Origin: Desulfobacterales bacterium
GTDB taxonomy: Bacteria; Desulfobacterota; Desulfobacteria; Desulfobacterales; UBA5616
Direction of reading: 5' to 3'
Assembly (NCBI GenBank): GCA_046483495.1
Contig: JAWODC010000090.1
Coordinates: 64,001-128,000 of the forward strand
Length of the DNA: 64,000 bases
The notes beneath the pieces are model-generated. The model did not search any database. It saw only the letters and a program-made list of their open reading frames with translations, and was not told where the DNA came from. A program made the translations under genes and the position numbers. Below are positions 62,048 through 64,000 of this stretch, one piece after another. The stretch's first letter is position 1; each line of letters begins with the position of its first letter.

Positions 62048-63444
62048 GGGATGAGCACTCCCGGATTCATGAAATTTTCCGTGTCCAGGACGCCTTTGAT
62101 TTTCCTTAACAGACTCACCCCGGTTTCCCCCACTTCATCAGGCATCCAGTTTCGCCTGACCCGGCCGATGCCATGGTGATGCGAAATTCCCCCGCCGCCG
62201 TCGATGGTCGCTTCCATGACGCGTCGCCAGCATTCGTAATAAACCGCCTCCATTTTCGAGGCATCTTCCACTTTTGCGGCAAATGTGAAATAAAGATTGA
62301 TGCCGGAACGGTAACAGTGGGAACTGTGGGCCGAAGCGTTTAACATGTTTTCCACTCGATTGAGTGAAGAAACGGCGTTTTCGTAGATGCCGCCGATGCG
62401 GTCCCATGTGGCGGCGATTTCAATCGTATCAAGAATGATATTGTTTTGCAGGAAGCTCTCGAATCCGGATACATGGTTACGGTCCTCGAGCCATTTCTTC
62501 ACCATTTCCACAGGGGCGGTATCACAGCCGAGATCAGCGGCAATTTCCGAGCATTCACGCATTTCCGCCGCCACCTGCCCGGCGGGCCCCTCGTGCACCA
62601 GAATGACCACGGCGTCTTGATTGCGGACCTGCTCCGGGAAAAGGCGTTTGGCTTCGATGTGGTCGTATTGCCGCATGACCGGGGGCGTCCATCCGGATTG
62701 AATCACGAATCGCTGGAACGCGATGCCCTTTGCCATGGTGGGCGCATAGTAGGCGCTGTAATCCTGCTTCTGCGGTTTCCATCGAAGCGAGAAGGTTGCG
62801 GAACAAATCACGCCCAACGTCCCTTCGCTTCCGATGAACAGCTGCTTCAAATCCGGCCCGGAAGCGGCGCGCGGGGTAAGCCGCGTATTCAGGACCTCGC
62901 CGTTCGGCAGTACCACCTCGAGTCCCATGACCATGTCTTCCACGGCGCCGTAAGCGCTGGAAAACTGTCCGCACGACCGCGTGGCGAGCCAACCGCCTAT
63001 GGAGCTTACATCGATGGATTGGGGAAAGTGGGCGATGGTCATGCCCTCCCTGGCCACCGCTGCTTCGGCATCCGCACCACGAACACCGGCTTCGAACGTT
63101 GCCAGGAGATTATGTGCATCGATTTTTCGAATCTTTTTCATAAAACTCATGTCCAGAAGAATGGACCGGGGAGAAGCAATGACACCGCAGACCACGCCGG
63201 AACCCAGCCCGAAGGGAATCAAGGGCACCCTGTTTTCCCGGCAGACATTGACAACGGCGATTACGTCCTGCGTTGTCCGCGGCGCTGCAACGCAAGCGGG
63301 ATTGGGGGCCCCCCGTCCCTGAAGGTCCGCCAGTTGGCTGACTACCGAATAGTCATGCCGCCGTTCCATCAAAAAGGCTTCATCTGTTTTGACTTTATCC
63401 ACACCGATTGCCGAGATTATTTTTTCAGTAATGTCAACTGCCAT
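62044..63444 (-). CDS. FAD-linked oxidoreductase, alkyl-DHAP synthase (AGPS)/YgcU-like
   Basis: HFPQS...SSIGGWLATR..GQFS..YG, GSEGTLG, HSSH.Y..G.NLYFTF, ISHHHGIG, MNPG. Confidence 0.88.
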   Translation of the reverse strand: MAVDITEKIISAIGVDKVKTDEAFLMERRHDYSVVSQLADLQGRGAPNPACVAAPRTTQDVIAVVNVCRENRVPLIPFGLGSGVVCGVIASPRSILLDMSFMKKIRKIDAHNLLATFEAGVRGADAEAAVAREGMTIAHFPQSIDVSSIGGWLATRSCGQFSSAYGAVEDMVMGLEVVLPNGEVLNTRLTPRAASGPDLKQLFIGSEGTLGVICSATFSLRWKPQKQDYSAYYAPTMAKGIAFQRFVIQSGWTPPVMRQYDHIEAKRLFPEQVRNQDAVVILVHEGPAGQVAAEMRECSEIAADLGCDTAPVEMVKKWLEDRNHVSGFESFLQNNIILDTIEIAATWDRIGGIYENAVSSLNRVENMLNASAHSSHCYRSGINLYFTFAAKVEDASKMEAVYYECWRRVMEATIDGGGGISHHHGIGRVRRNWMPDEVGETGVSLLRKIKGVLDTENFMNPGVLIP

Positions 63445-63487
63445 ATTTCGCTTCTCCTTCACCTCCAAGTCATTTCTCGATTGAACG

Positions 63488-64000
63488 CTAAGCCGACAAA
63501 AACGCTTCAACCACATCTTCGGCCTGTTCGGGCATTATCCCGAGCAAAAAAGACAAATCGAGCACCGTGAACCGTTCTCTCATCTGGTTGGCATGTTTCA
63601 CCACTGTTAAAAAACGCTCCCGTTCGATGCTCCGGTTGTCAATGCGAATATCACTTATTTTGTGGGCCGCCCCCGCCGTTTTGAGACAATGTTTAATGGT
63701 ATGCGGCGGCAACAGGGTATCCTTTATGATCGAGCGCAAATTGTCCCAGTTTTCAGGGTGTGACAAAGTGCGCGCCGCCGCCTCGAACTTCGGCAGCTTT
63801 TTGCGATATTGGTCTTTCACGACTTCGATTAACGGCCCCCAGAATCCCTGATCCGCTTCGAGGGGGATCTTGGCGAATCGCGGTTCTTCAATTTCCAGAA
63901 CCCTTTCATACAACGCCGCCGAAAAAATGGTGCCGACACCGACTTGCCTGCCATGCAAATCATGCTTTTGCCCGTTAACCGATGACGTCATGTCGATGGT
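63488..64000 (-). CDS. sn-glycerol-1-phosphate dehydrogenase-like protein (EgsA/AraM family), 3' part only
   Basis: TIDM...HDLHGRQVGVGT and MRERFTVLDL; frame is open to the window edge. Confidence 0.75.
   Translation of the reverse strand, partial: TIDMTSSVNGQKHDLHGRQVGVGTIFSAALYERVLEIEEPRFAKIPLEADQGFWGPLIEVVKDQYRKKLPKFEAAARTLSHPENWDNLRSIIKDTLLPPHTIKHCLKTAGAAHKISDIRIDNRSIERERFLTVVKHANQMRERFTVLDLSFLLGIMPEQAEDVVEAFLSA

Overview
Gene-dense chromosomal window from an anaerobic bacterium, most likely Desulfobacterota (Desulfobacterales-like). This assignment is inferred from the PxxKW protein, DUF1847, aldehyde:ferredoxin oxidoreductase, rubredoxin and a selenoprotein. I saw no rRNA, tRNA, CRISPR array, transposase or phage gene. 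Main blocks: (1) SDR, ThDP decarboxylase and MFS operon. (2) An orphan CbbQ/NorQ AAA+ chaperone module whose CbbO/NorD-like partner is split over two genes, one carrying seven alternating 37/41-aa repeats, with no Rubisco or NO-reductase client nearby. (3) A large acyl-CoA catabolic island with five ACADs (two heteromeric pairs), a heterodimeric class III CoA-transferase, an amidohydrolase, an AOR and a crotonase. (4) A DsbA/FrnE-family selenoprotein (UPWC) that the ORF track truncates. (5) A glycogen cluster with eukaryote-like debranching and branching enzymes. (6) corA, Pat, groESL, dksA and housekeeping genes. (7) An alkyl-DHAP-synthase-like gene downstream of a glycerol-1-phosphate-dehydrogenase-like gene. 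Non-coding highlights are a 143-bp palindromic TA-flanked MITE/ERIC-like element (2 full and 2 partial copies; both full copies complete the TAG stop of the adjacent gene), a decayed sigma-54 activator, and a structured terminator-containing leader before the PxxKW gene. All calls come from motif recognition by eye, not database searches.
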